64,000 nt of DNA, from the NCBI GenBank assembly GCA_964599405.1, contig CAZRED010000002.1:44198-108197 (forward strand), in the 5' to 3' direction. Shown here in pieces: positions 18,988 to 28,700 of this stretch; position 1 is the first letter of the stretch; each line of letters begins with the position of its first letter. Source of the stretch: an uncultured Candidatus Saccharibacteria bacterium. GTDB taxonomy: Bacteria > Patescibacteriota > UBA1384 > 2-12-FULL-50-11. The notes under the pieces are model-generated. The model ran no database searches. It saw only the letters and a program-made list of their open reading frames with translations, and was not told the DNA's origin. Made by a program: the position numbers and the translations under genes.

Positions 18988-19593
18988 ATGCACATGAACA
19001 GAATCAACTTTAGACTCGCAAGAGGGGAAGAAGAGCTGTATGAAATATTAGCTCTGCGGTATAGAATCTTTGCGCTCGAAAAGGGGTGGATCGCAACGAA
19101 CCCAAGTGGCATTGACTTTGACCAGTGGGATTTCGCAAGCAGCCACCTTTGTGCCGTGGATGAATCTGGCAAGGTACTTGGTACCATGAGATTGATTCAC
19201 AATTCGCCCTTCGGATTCCCTGGTGAAGCCGCTTGTCCGTGCTTAATTGGTTCGTCGAAAGATCGGACTTATGAAGTATCGAGACTTGCTGTCGAGGAAC
19301 AGGAAAGAGGAAGACGCTCGCTAATCCTTATTGGTCTCTGCAGGTTAGTGCCTAGACTGGCAAAACTGCACAAGATTGATGATTGGATTGTGGTAGTGGA
19401 CAAGCCGGTTGCAAGAATTCTGAAAGGCCTAGGTTTCAACTTTGACTTCACTGGAGAGGTTGTTGACCATTTGGGATCACCGTGCGTTCCGTTGAGATGC
19501 ACCATGACCGAGGCAAGAAGAGTTCTATACCAGCCAAACTTATCGGAGCTTTTGGCAACTCACATCGAGGAAGCCTATGAGACTATCGAATGA
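18988..19593 (+). CDS. N-acyltransferase of the LuxI / FeeM N-acyl amino acid synthase GNAT group
   Basis: LRYRIFALEKGW, DFDQWD..S.H, GTMRL, EVSRLAV. Confidence 0.8.
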   Translation: MHMNRINFRLARGEEELYEILALRYRIFALEKGWIATNPSGIDFDQWDFASSHLCAVDESGKVLGTMRLIHNSPFGFPGEAACPCLIGSSKDRTYEVSRLAVEEQERGRRSLILIGLCRLVPRLAKLHKIDDWIVVVDKPVARILKGLGFNFDFTGEVVDHLGSPCVPLRCTMTEARRVLYQPNLSELLATHIEEAYETIE

Positions 19594-19599
19594 CCCATG

Positions 19600-19626
19600 A
19601 CGGCCGCATTACTGCGGCCGTTTTTG
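19600..19626 (+). terminator. Intrinsic terminator after the acyltransferase gene
   Basis: ACGGCCGCA-ttac-TGCGGCCGT followed by TTTT. Confidence 0.75.
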
Positions 19627-19661
19627 TTTAGATTTTTATCTCTAGGTGGTACTTTGGAAAT

Positions 19662-20465
19662 ATGGAAATATTTAATTATTCAGATTTTACACAGAGAAAC
19701 ATTGGAATAATATCCGTTTCTGATCAAGAAAAAGTGCGAACCTCTACGATCGCAATTGCAGGATGTGGGGCAGATGGTGGAGCACCCGCTATATCACTAG
19801 CAAGACTCGGCGTTAGTAATTTTAGGCTAGCAGATCCAGATGTTTTTGATTACAGCAATATTAATAGGCAGGAAGGTGCATTTACTGACACCATTAATAC
19901 GAAGAAAGCAAGGGAGATTGAATTAATAATAAAAAAAATAAATCCAGAGGCTAATGTCACAATCTACACAGAGGGTATTAATGAAGACAATGTGAATGAG
20001 TTTATTGAAGGGTCAGATATCGTCTTGGACGAGATAGACTATAGAAAGCCAAAGTATGCGCTTCTATTACACATAGTGGCGAGGAAACTGAATATCCCAG
20101 TAATTACTACTGTATCAGTTGGGTGGAACGCTTTTCTTTTCTATTTTGATCCATCTGGACTCACGTTTGAGGAGTACGTAAAAAAGGAGCCTCTTTCTGT
20201 TGAAGATAATTTTGAAGTAAACCCTTCTGCTTACGCACCAGAGTTACCCTCATATATTTCTGAAGAACTTTTAAAGGATATACTTTCAGAAAAAGTGGAG
20301 ATACCAGTTGTAGATCCCGCTGTTAGATTGGCGTCTGCACTAGCAAGCTCCTTTTGTATTTTTTGGTTGACTGGCGCAAAGAAGATAATGGCTGTTCCCC
20401 ATTATTACTCGGCGGGTGATTTATTACTGAAGCAGGAAAGCTTTAATAATTTGCGTAGGTCTTAA
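19662..20465 (+). CDS. ThiF/E1-like adenylyltransferase without Zn CxxC motifs
   Basis: RNIG...Q, IAGCGADGG, ADPDVFDYSNINRQ, DEID. Confidence 0.88.
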   Translation: MEIFNYSDFTQRNIGIISVSDQEKVRTSTIAIAGCGADGGAPAISLARLGVSNFRLADPDVFDYSNINRQEGAFTDTINTKKAREIELIIKKINPEANVTIYTEGINEDNVNEFIEGSDIVLDEIDYRKPKYALLLHIVARKLNIPVITTVSVGWNAFLFYFDPSGLTFEEYVKKEPLSVEDNFEVNPSAYAPELPSYISEELLKDILSEKVEIPVVDPAVRLASALASSFCIFWLTGAKKIMAVPHYYSAGDLLLKQESFNNLRRS

Positions 20466-22756
20466 TGGACGGACTGATTCTGTATTTGATTCTGGCATTC
20501 TTTGTCGTGATGAATTTGGTTTTGGGTTTGGTAGTTTTAAGAGCTGACTCAAAATCGGCTACCAATCGCCTTTTCGCCGGCTTCATCCTTTCGGTACTTG
20601 CTTGGCTCGTCACCAATGCAGTCGCTGATGCATCGGCGACTGCGACACTAGTTACCAGTTGGACTAAAATAACCATGGCCTCAGCGGCAAGCATTCCCTG
20701 GCTGCTACTACTTTTCACTTTAGTTTTTCCAACGAACGAGAAGTTAAGTAGAAAAACCATAATTCTACTGACCGTTCCTTATATGTTGGTGGCGCTTTTG
20801 TCCCTATTTACGGGACAAATTATTCAATCAGCAATATCAGTGGATAATGTAACACAGGTTACTTTTGGAAACTTAATCATTCTTTACGCAGCGTTCCTGT
20901 TGTTTTACGCGTGTTCATCCGTTTGGATACTAATACGAAAATTTAAACGTGCTGTGGGTATAGCACGGGCACAGATCGCATACTTTCTATTAGGCTTATC
21001 GCTTTTTATCATTTCTGCGTTAACAACTAATCTTATTCTCCCGGTAGTATTTCAAATCTTTTATTTAACCCCCTTTGGTTCGCTAACTACGGGGTTCTTA
21101 CTGGGGTTCACTGCTTACGCAATTGTTAGACATGGGCTCTTTAACATAAAAGTAATCTTAGCGCAGATTGCCGTCGTGTCCTTGGTGTTGGTAAACGGAA
21201 TCCAGTTATTCGAATCAGATAGTGTTGGTAACTTAGTTTTAAGGTCCGCAGTGTTTATTTTAGTCGCTGGGTTTGGGTACCTCTTTGTTAGGTCTGTGAT
21301 TAATGAGGTCAAAAGAAGAGAAGAGGTCGAGAAGCTTGCTCAAGAAAAAATAGAAGCACTAGGAGAATTGGAGCTTCGAAATAAAAACTTAGCGACACTG
21401 CAACAGATATCCGACATTGTTCTGAATGAAAACGATACAAAACAAATGGTTCAGAAGATTTTAGACGAAATTCCCAAGCAACTTGAATCATGCGTCAGTG
21501 GTCTGCTCTCGATTGTTAAAGACGGCAAACTAACGGCATACGCGATTAGCAGGAACAACCTATCACAAAAAGTCGTGGCAATGATCGGTGGGAGCTTGGA
21601 TAAGTATAGTTTCCCAATCAAGAAAGAATATAACCGGATTCACGAGGCGCTGGTGGATAAAAAGTCGATCGACTCGGATAATCTGACCGACTTTATCTCC
21701 CCGCCGATTCCTAAGGCTGTGGCTGCTTCCATTCAAACGTTAATCGGCGCCAAACATATTGAAGTGTTCCCGCTCTATGCTGGTGGTGAGCCACTAGGGG
21801 TAATGTTGTTTGTCTTTAATAAACCCGGCGCCGAAGTACATGAGAAAAACTACGCCATTGCCAAAGCAATTTCCGATGACTTGAGTTTGGCGGTACAACG
21901 AGCTCAAGCTTTTGAGCAGTTACAGGCGGCCAACGAGTATTTAGCCCAGCTGGACAAGATGAAAGATGAGTTCATCTCTATGGCCTCGCACGAGCTGAAT
22001 ACGCCGCTGGCGGCCATCGAGGGCTACCTGTCGATGATTCTGGACGAGAACATGGGCAAGATCGATAAACAAAGTCGCACCTACCTAAACCGGGCTTACG
22101 CCAGTTCCAAGCGCCTAGCAGAGTTGATTCTAGACTTGTTGAACGTCTCCCGAATTGAGCAAGGCCGGCTGAAGATGAAGTATGAAGAAATCTCCGTCGC
22201 CGAAATGGTGGAAAGCGTTATTCACGAGCTGCAAATTAAAGCCGACGGCAAAAAAATCTATCTAAAAACCGCCTTCGCCAAGGATTTGCCGAAAGTTTGG
22301 TGCGACCCCGACCGAATCCGGGAAGTGATCGTTAACCTGACCGGTAATGCCATTAAGTTTACGGACAAAGGCGGCATTACTATCAAGGCTAGCCAGCCAG
22401 ACGCCAAAAATATCCGTGTCCAGGTAGTCGATACCGGCCGGGGTATTGCCAAAGAAGACCAGCCCAAGCTCTTCCAGAAGTTCTCTCAAGTCAAGCGGGA
22501 AGTGGACGAGCACCAAGGCAGCGGTCTGGGACTCTACATCAGCAAGAACTTTGTGGAGCTGCATAACGGCAAGATCTGGGTGGATAGCGAAACCGGCAAG
22601 GGCGCGGCCTTCAGTTTTGAGCTGCCACTGATTAAAGAGCCGCCGAAAGAAGTGAAAGGGGCAGTACTGGAAGGACCGTTGAGCGCGCCACGGATTGAGC
22701 GAGGCAACCCAATGGAAGTGCCGACCGGCATTAAAGAGTCGGCGAAGAAAACTTAA
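20465..22756 (+). CDS. Sensor histidine kinase: multi-TM (HisKA_7TM-like) input, GAF-like region, HisKA and HATPase
   Basis: About 8-9 N-terminal TM helices with NRLFA..W and YAIVRH.LF; SHELNTPL, NAIKFT, DTGRGI, GSGLGL. Confidence 0.92.
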   Translation: MDGLILYLILAFFVVMNLVLGLVVLRADSKSATNRLFAGFILSVLAWLVTNAVADASATATLVTSWTKITMASAASIPWLLLLFTLVFPTNEKLSRKTIILLTVPYMLVALLSLFTGQIIQSAISVDNVTQVTFGNLIILYAAFLLFYACSSVWILIRKFKRAVGIARAQIAYFLLGLSLFIISALTTNLILPVVFQIFYLTPFGSLTTGFLLGFTAYAIVRHGLFNIKVILAQIAVVSLVLVNGIQLFESDSVGNLVLRSAVFILVAGFGYLFVRSVINEVKRREEVEKLAQEKIEALGELELRNKNLATLQQISDIVLNENDTKQMVQKILDEIPKQLESCVSGLLSIVKDGKLTAYAISRNNLSQKVVAMIGGSLDKYSFPIKKEYNRIHEALVDKKSIDSDNLTDFISPPIPKAVAASIQTLIGAKHIEVFPLYAGGEPLGVMLFVFNKPGAEVHEKNYAIAKAISDDLSLAVQRAQAFEQLQAANEYLAQLDKMKDEFISMASHELNTPLAAIEGYLSMILDENMGKIDKQSRTYLNRAYASSKRLAELILDLLNVSRIEQGRLKMKYEEISVAEMVESVIHELQIKADGKKIYLKTAFAKDLPKVWCDPDRIREVIVNLTGNAIKFTDKGGITIKASQPDAKNIRVQVVDTGRGIAKEDQPKLFQKFSQVKREVDEHQGSGLGLYISKNFVELHNGKIWVDSETGKGAAFSFELPLIKEPPKEVKGAVLEGPLSAPRIERGNPMEVPTGIKESAKKT

Positions 22757-22792
22757 CTTGAAAATAAGGGGAGATTTGCTAGGTTTATTACG

Positions 22793-23209
22793 ATGACCGA
22801 AACATTCAAAAGCATCTTATTAGTGGACGACGACCTGACACTGCGGGAGATGTACATGGAGCGTCTGAAGGCCGAAGGCTTCACTGTGGAGATGGCTAAA
22901 GACGGCGAGGAAGCTCTAGCCAAAGCCGCCGATTTGCAGCCAAATATTATCTTACTTGATATTATGATGCCGAAAATTAACGGACTGGATGTGCTGAAAA
23001 AACTCAAACAAGACAGTGCTACTTCCAGCATTCCGGTCATTGTCTTAACGGCGTTAATCCAAGACCGCGAAAAAATGGAGAGCATCACCCGCGGTGCCGA
23101 TGACTATATTGTTAAATCAGAAACCATGCCGGGCGATGTGATTCAAAAAATTAAAGCTGTTCTCGACCACCCAAAAGCTCACGATCAGACCGAAGGAACT
23201 AAGGAGTAG
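22793..23209 (+). CDS. Single-domain response regulator (receiver)
   Basis: ILLVDDD, LLDIMMP, LTA, GADDYIVK; no output domain. Confidence 0.92.
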   Translation: MTETFKSILLVDDDLTLREMYMERLKAEGFTVEMAKDGEEALAKAADLQPNIILLDIMMPKINGLDVLKKLKQDSATSSIPVIVLTALIQDREKMESITRGADDYIVKSETMPGDVIQKIKAVLDHPKAHDQTEGTKE

Positions 23210-23228
23210 GCTGAAAACCGCGCGGCAA

Positions 23229-24581
23229 TTGGAGGGGACGGCGCTGCGGGAAAACGGCCGAGAAATTGATTATATCCGGGTTGAAGGCGGCAATCCCTTG
23301 GTTGGCGAAATTGTGCTAAAAGGCGCCAAAAATACCGTGCCCAAATCGATGGTGGCAGCAATGCTGACCGACGAATTTTGCCAATTGGAAAACGCGCCAG
23401 AGATTGAAGACGTGGAGATTATCACTAAAATTATCGAGCTGTTGGGTGGCACGGTGACCAACGACACAGTAAGCGATGTGATTACCATTGAAACACCCGA
23501 TATCAAAACACCAAAAGCTAAGGAAATGGTTCGCTACACCGGCAAAAGCCGGATTCCGATCCTTTTTGCCGGTCCGCTGCTGGCTCGCTTGGGCGAGGCG
23601 ATAATCCCGATGCCTGGTGGCTGTGACATTGGGAGCCGGCCGGTGGATTTTCACATCCAAGCTTTGGAAAAGCTCGGTGCTACCGCTGTTGCCAAAGGCG
23701 ATTACTACTTATTGAAGGCCGATGGGCTGGTGGGAACAAAAATTGCTCTGAACTATCCGAGCGTCGGCGCCACCGAGCAGGTGTTGCTGGCCAGTGTTTT
23801 AGCTAAAGGCGTGACCGAGCTGACCAACGCCGCGGTGGAGCCAGAGATTATTGATTTAATTTCGGTGCTGCAGAAAATGGGCGCAATTATTTCGGTGGAT
23901 ACCGATAGAGTGATTACGGTTGTCGGCGTGGAAAAATTGCACGGCTATCGCCACGTGGCAATGCCGGATCGGATTGAGGCCGGCTCCTGGGCTTGTGCGG
24001 CTGCTGCTACCAACGGCCGAATTTTTGTCCGGGGCGCCCGGCAGCTGGAAATGATGACTTTTCTAAACAAGTTTCGCCAAGTCGGTGGCGAGTTTGATAT
24101 TAGCGACGAAGGTATTACGTTCTTTCGGGCCCGGCCACTCCAGTCAATCTCTTTGGAAACCGGCGTTCATCCCGGCTTTATGACTGACTGGCAGCAGCCG
24201 TTTGTGATTCTACTAACTCAAGCTCACGGCGCTTCAATTGTTCACGAAACCGTCTACGAAAACCGCTTTGGTTATGTTGAGGCGTTGAACAAAATGGGGG
24301 CAAAGATTCAGCTTTACAACAAGTGTCTCGGTGGTAATGACTGCCGCTACACTGGTACCAACTACCTGCATAGCGCCGTCGTTACCGGCCCAACGCCGCT
24401 GCACGGCACCGAGATTGAAGTACCGGATTTGCGTGGTGGCTTTTCTTACGTGATTGCGGCTCTAGTGGCCAGCGGCGAGTCAAAAATTACCAACATGGCG
24501 ATTATTGGCCGCGGCTACGAACATATCGTCGACAAGCTCAAAGGCCTAGGCGCCAAAATCTTAGAAGTCGGCGAGAACTAG
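23229..24581 (+). CDS. murA: UDP-N-acetylglucosamine 1-carboxyvinyltransferase
   Basis: GAKN, PGGCDIGSRP, SVGATE, PGFMTD.Q, ENRF, DLRGG, RGYE. Confidence 0.95.
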   Translation: MEGTALRENGREIDYIRVEGGNPLVGEIVLKGAKNTVPKSMVAAMLTDEFCQLENAPEIEDVEIITKIIELLGGTVTNDTVSDVITIETPDIKTPKAKEMVRYTGKSRIPILFAGPLLARLGEAIIPMPGGCDIGSRPVDFHIQALEKLGATAVAKGDYYLLKADGLVGTKIALNYPSVGATEQVLLASVLAKGVTELTNAAVEPEIIDLISVLQKMGAIISVDTDRVITVVGVEKLHGYRHVAMPDRIEAGSWACAAAATNGRIFVRGARQLEMMTFLNKFRQVGGEFDISDEGITFFRARPLQSISLETGVHPGFMTDWQQPFVILLTQAHGASIVHETVYENRFGYVEALNKMGAKIQLYNKCLGGNDCRYTGTNYLHSAVVTGPTPLHGTEIEVPDLRGGFSYVIAALVASGESKITNMAIIGRGYEHIVDKLKGLGAKILEVGEN

Positions 24582-24586
24582 CCGCG

Positions 24587-26008
24587 TTATAGTATCGGCT
24601 CTTCTTTCCACGACAGGATGGCGAACGACCCAGTCGTTGGAAACTGCGGCGGCGGATTTAAGGCTAGGTGATCGTCGTAGGTTTGGACAGTGGTCTGGTA
24701 ACCGCTGGTCACCGTTCCCGCAGCGTTGACCCAACTCCACGTCCACCAGGAGTTACTGCCGATACCGCCGTAAATGGAGATTTTCGTTTTGACGTTGCCG
24801 ATGTAGCGTGGTCGGTAAACGCCGCCCTTTTGGCTAAGCAGATAGGCGTCAATATTGAGATCGGCTTCGGAGTTGGAGTTAACAATCAGATCGCTCTGAC
24901 TAATTAGCCCCAAAGCCACCGAGCCATCTTTAATGGTGTAGTTGATGTCGTTTTGGAGAAAAATGTTGGTATTAGTGTTGGCGGTGTCTGGTAGGCGGCC
25001 AGAAGCCAGAGTGATGCGCGAGCTAACCGTCCCCCAAACCCAAGCGTTATCGGCCACGAAAATAATGCCATTATTTGGCAAGGCTCTTGGGGTACTTTCC
25101 CAAACCACGCTCTGCATCAAAGAGCTATGGCGGTTATGGCTAACGCAGTTGCCGCCCAAACTACCGTTATCCAGACTGGCAGTAACTTTACCGACGGTCA
25201 TGGTGTTGTTGGCGTTGAATTGGATGGCGTAACCGCTGTGGGTTTTTTGACCTTGAGCGTTGAGCAGGGTTGGTAGGAGAACGCCGTTGGTATTGGCAGC
25301 CAGCTGCAAGTCGTTCAAATCGGTGGTTAACTGGTTGAAACCAACCTGCAGAACGGGAAACTGCCAGTAGGTTTGGGGGCCGCCGATGCCCCAAATACCA
25401 TTTTTCACTTGGCCGTTGCCGCCGAAACATGCGGTGGGCGTGTAAGTGGTAGCGCCGGAGGAGACAACGCCGTTGGCCGTGCCGTCGTAGTGGATGCCTT
25501 TATTGGAGTGGACCAAGCCATTAGTGCTTTCGGTGTCGCCAAACCAAACTTCCGAGTTGGTAACGAACGAATATTGGGCAAACGATGGAATACCGAGCGT
25601 TGCGACCACCGTCCGTTGCTCACCGGTGGTGGAAGTACCCTGGGAGCGGACAGTGACGGTGGTGCCGCCTAGGCCGGGCGGGGTAATGGTGATGTCGTAA
25701 GTGCCAAGGGTGTCGCCGTTAGCATTCTTATATGTGTGGGTATAGGGGCCATACGGGCCGGGGCCAGTACAGGCCTGGCCGTCGCAGTAGTCTTGGTTAT
25801 TATGCGACAGGTGCCAAAGATAGTAGTTTATTCCAGCTTCGGCGATGCTAAGCGATTGGTTGGACTGGCTCTGATGTTTGGTGACCAGGTAGTTATTGAT
25901 CACCAAGCTCATGATCGCTGTCACAGTAATCAACATAATCGTGGCAAAGCCGAGTAGCATCGGTAGGAAATAGCCTGGTTTAGCGGCTTGTATCTTAAGA
26001 TGTTTCAT
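24587..26008 (-). CDS. PilX-like minor pilin / pilus assembly protein
   Basis: G-YFLP hydrophobic N-terminus, AEAGINY motif, last gene of the pil operon. Confidence 0.7.
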   Translation of the reverse strand: MKHLKIQAAKPGYFLPMLLGFATIMLITVTAIMSLVINNYLVTKHQSQSNQSLSIAEAGINYYLWHLSHNNQDYCDGQACTGPGPYGPYTHTYKNANGDTLGTYDITITPPGLGGTTVTVRSQGTSTTGEQRTVVATLGIPSFAQYSFVTNSEVWFGDTESTNGLVHSNKGIHYDGTANGVVSSGATTYTPTACFGGNGQVKNGIWGIGGPQTYWQFPVLQVGFNQLTTDLNDLQLAANTNGVLLPTLLNAQGQKTHSGYAIQFNANNTMTVGKVTASLDNGSLGGNCVSHNRHSSLMQSVVWESTPRALPNNGIIFVADNAWVWGTVSSRITLASGRLPDTANTNTNIFLQNDINYTIKDGSVALGLISQSDLIVNSNSEADLNIDAYLLSQKGGVYRPRYIGNVKTKISIYGGIGSNSWWTWSWVNAAGTVTSGYQTTVQTYDDHLALNPPPQFPTTGSFAILSWKEEPIL

Positions 26009-26583
26009 AGGTTTGTCTTTAGATTACGAAGATTTATCTTCGTTGTCACCACAATTGGGTTGGTCAGGATATTGCTGGTATCGAGAGCGGAGAGGTTGGG
26101 TTCGATCACTCGAACAGCGGAGATTGAGACGGGGAAGGCCAGTAAGGCGCTGTTTTCGTCGTAGTATTTGAACAGCGGTAGGTTGACGGAATTAGTCGAC
26201 TTACCGATCAGTGTGTGAATTTTAGCGTCGGACGGGTTGTAGCTATAATTGGGTGCCGTCCCAGAAGGTGGGGTAACAGAATATTTAATGGCTGCTCCCT
26301 GAATGTAGAAGTTAATTTCACTGGGATCGCTGTCGGCGACGTTGGGATAGCCATACATTTTGACATTCGTTTGGGTGGCTTCCAGGATTTCGGTGGAGCT
26401 GCGCAGTACCCGTATCAGCCGATCGATAGCCAGGTTCAGTTCGGTTTGGACAATCGACAGTGTCTGAACTTCTCGGTTGTTCCGGTAGGACTGACTGATA
26501 AAGCCAACCACCAGGCCGCCAAGTAATGAGACGATAAACATCGTTACTAACAGTTCAACAAGAGTGAAGGCCGGTTTTCTCAT
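26005..26583 (-). CDS. Type IV minor pilin (PilW-like); start re-assigned
   Basis: MRKPA-FTLVELLV prepilin cleavage motif. Confidence 0.85.
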   Translation of the reverse strand: MRKPAFTLVELLVTMFIVSLLGGLVVGFISQSYRNNREVQTLSIVQTELNLAIDRLIRVLRSSTEILEATQTNVKMYGYPNVADSDPSEINFYIQGAAIKYSVTPPSGTAPNYSYNPSDAKIHTLIGKSTNSVNLPLFKYYDENSALLAFPVSISAVRVIEPNLSALDTSNILTNPIVVTTKINLRNLKTNL

Positions 26584-27974
26584 GGAATAATAAAGCCGCC
26601 AATTTGGGTAATAATTTTTCCGATCGAATTGATGACGATATCCCAACCACCGCTAACCGCTCCGGTTAAATTGAGAGTTACGGTAATAGTTTTGCCGTTG
26701 GCGTCGACGTTGGTTTGGGTGGGGATGATATCGGCTTGACCAACTTTGACTAGCTTGACGGTGCTGGAGCCATCAAAGTCTTCGCCGTCCAGAGCGACGT
26801 CTAGAATAGTTCCGGTGACGCCAGAGGCCGGTGCCACCGAATTAAGCTGCGGCCAGCTAACGTCGGTGGTGACCACAAAGGTAACGGCCAGCGAGGTGTT
26901 AGGGTCGACGGAAACATCTTGGTAGGGGCTGGTATTGACTAGGTAGTAACCGGATGGGGTACTTAAAGAGTACGAGTCCCACTCGATATCGCTGAAAGTG
27001 GCAACGCCGCTGCCGTCAGTGGTTTGGTTGTAGATATTCTTCGGGGTGTCGGGGTTGGTGGCGGTAATTTTGTTGGAGGTAGCCGTAATTGAAACGTTGG
27101 TTACCGGTGTCCCGCTTTCGCTAACGACCGTTACCACCATATCGGCCAATCTGTCGATGGCCAGGGTCTGAATTGTTACTTGTTGAATATTAACGTCGAC
27201 ATCCGGTTGAAATTGGTTAGGGTTCTGCGAGGTTCGGCTGGTGGTGAAGTCGGTAGAGTAGCCGTTTTTGGTAGCGACAATGTGGTAGCCGTTCTGGTTG
27301 TCTGGCGGCAGATTAGCCACAAATAAATAGCCTTGGGCGTTGGTTAGCCCCTGGATTGTAACGGAGTTATCGTTGTTAGTAATATCGACCGTGGCGTCGG
27401 CTACCGGCAGACCCTCGGCATCGATAATTTTTACTAAAATAATACCGGTATTAGTCGGTGTTTCGGCGGCTTTGGCGGCGGCGTTGCTGGAGAGCTTAAC
27501 CAACACGGTCGGCGTTCCTACCTTAAGCGCTTCCACGTTGATGCGCTTGTAGTCAACCGGTACGACGTCCTGGGCGTTGGAGACGGTGCCATCGGTACAC
27601 TCATATACCCCCGGGCCGGCCGGGATGGCGCAGCCGTCAAAGGCGTCGTCCACAAAAATAATCGCCGTGTTCAGTGTCAGCGATACCCCGCCACGGGTAA
27701 CGGTTTGGCTGTCTGGTATAGTGCCGTGCGGCAAGATGGTGCCGTTTTGGGTGGACAGCGAGTCGTAAGGGAGGTTGCGTAGGTACTCCATCTGCTCGTT
27801 GGCTAGGGCTCCGGCCAGAGTGCGGACCTTACCGGAGTCGGTGGCTCGCAGCATCACCACAAATGCGCCAATCACCGCTCCGAAGACGACAACGATAACC
27901 ATCGAATCGATAATTAGTTCTACCAGGGTAAAAGCCGGTTTTTTCCGGCCAAGCTTACCGGGCAAACGGATCAT
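26580..27974 (-). CDS. Type IV minor pilin (PilV-like) with C-terminal Ig/carboxypeptidase-regulatory-like repeats
   Basis: KKPA-FTLVELII, ME.LRNLPY, repeated G.PV..A.V.IT...T...G motifs. Confidence 0.8.
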   Translation of the reverse strand: MIRLPGKLGRKKPAFTLVELIIDSMVIVVVFGAVIGAFVVMLRATDSGKVRTLAGALANEQMEYLRNLPYDSLSTQNGTILPHGTIPDSQTVTRGGVSLTLNTAIIFVDDAFDGCAIPAGPGVYECTDGTVSNAQDVVPVDYKRINVEALKVGTPTVLVKLSSNAAAKAAETPTNTGIILVKIIDAEGLPVADATVDITNNDNSVTIQGLTNAQGYLFVANLPPDNQNGYHIVATKNGYSTDFTTSRTSQNPNQFQPDVDVNIQQVTIQTLAIDRLADMVVTVVSESGTPVTNVSITATSNKITATNPDTPKNIYNQTTDGSGVATFSDIEWDSYSLSTPSGYYLVNTSPYQDVSVDPNTSLAVTFVVTTDVSWPQLNSVAPASGVTGTILDVALDGEDFDGSSTVKLVKVGQADIIPTQTNVDANGKTITVTLNLTGAVSGGWDIVINSIGKIITQIGGFIIP

Positions 27975-28698
27975 TACGCCCGAAGCTGCCTTCCTTACTG
28001 ATGTCGGGAGTGGCGGTGTAGCTGTCGAAACTGGCAAACAGCGTTGCCGCCTTGGTTAGCAGATCGGCAGAAAAATTACTGTCGGCGACTTGGGCGGGGA
28101 GCCAGAACGTTTGGCCACTGATACTGGCGCTTAATCCATCATTAGTGCTAGTGATCGAAACTCCGGTGACCGCATTCCAGCGGATAAATGTGGCCAACTT
28201 GCGGATTAAGACCCGAGTAGTATTGAAGTCAAATTGCCCAGCTATGGTGAATTGGGTTTGTGAGCTGGCGGCGGTGGCGATAGGCTGGGAGTTAGCGGTG
28301 GTTCCGGCGGAGACGTTATCGTCGCCGGTGCTGGCGGGAGCCGGTTGAGCAACGACGGCTGTGCCACTAAACGGTAGGGTGATGGTTGGGCTAATCCCTA
28401 GCGATTGAGCCAGGCCCTCTAATTGCAGCATGAGAATATCCGAACCCGGTTCGGTGGGTAGGGCGTTACTAGCTAAGTCGAAGTATTTATTTAGATCGGC
28501 TTCTTTGGCCGAAAAAGCGGCTAGCGAATCAACGCTGGCTTGGGCGGCCGCTACCTGGTCTGATAAGATCTGTTGCTGATTTTTAATCTCCCGGTATTTG
28601 TTGATAGCTGGCGGATAAAAGAACCAAATTCCGGTCACGGCCACTGCCAAAAATAGGAGGGTGGCGATGAGGAAAGTTCTGTTGGTTAGTAGGGTCAT
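27955..28698 (-). CDS. pilO: PilO-like alignment protein
   Basis: N-terminal TM, coiled coil, ALP motif; follows pilN. Confidence 0.65.
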   Translation of the reverse strand: MTLLTNRTFLIATLLFLAVAVTGIWFFYPPAINKYREIKNQQQILSDQVAAAQASVDSLAAFSAKEADLNKYFDLASNALPTEPGSDILMLQLEGLAQSLGISPTITLPFSGTAVVAQPAPASTGDDNVSAGTTANSQPIATAASSQTQFTIAGQFDFNTTRVLIRKLATFIRWNAVTGVSITSTNDGLSASISGQTFWLPAQVADSNFSADLLTKAATLFASFDSYTATPDISKEGSFGRNDPFAR

Positions 28699-28700
28699 GA

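Noticed and set aside
19662-20465. ThiF as a thiamine/molybdopterin enzyme or a CBASS/ubiquitin-like E1
   Set aside because: No sulfur carrier, E2, JAB or cyclase gene nearby, and no Zn-binding CxxC pairs.
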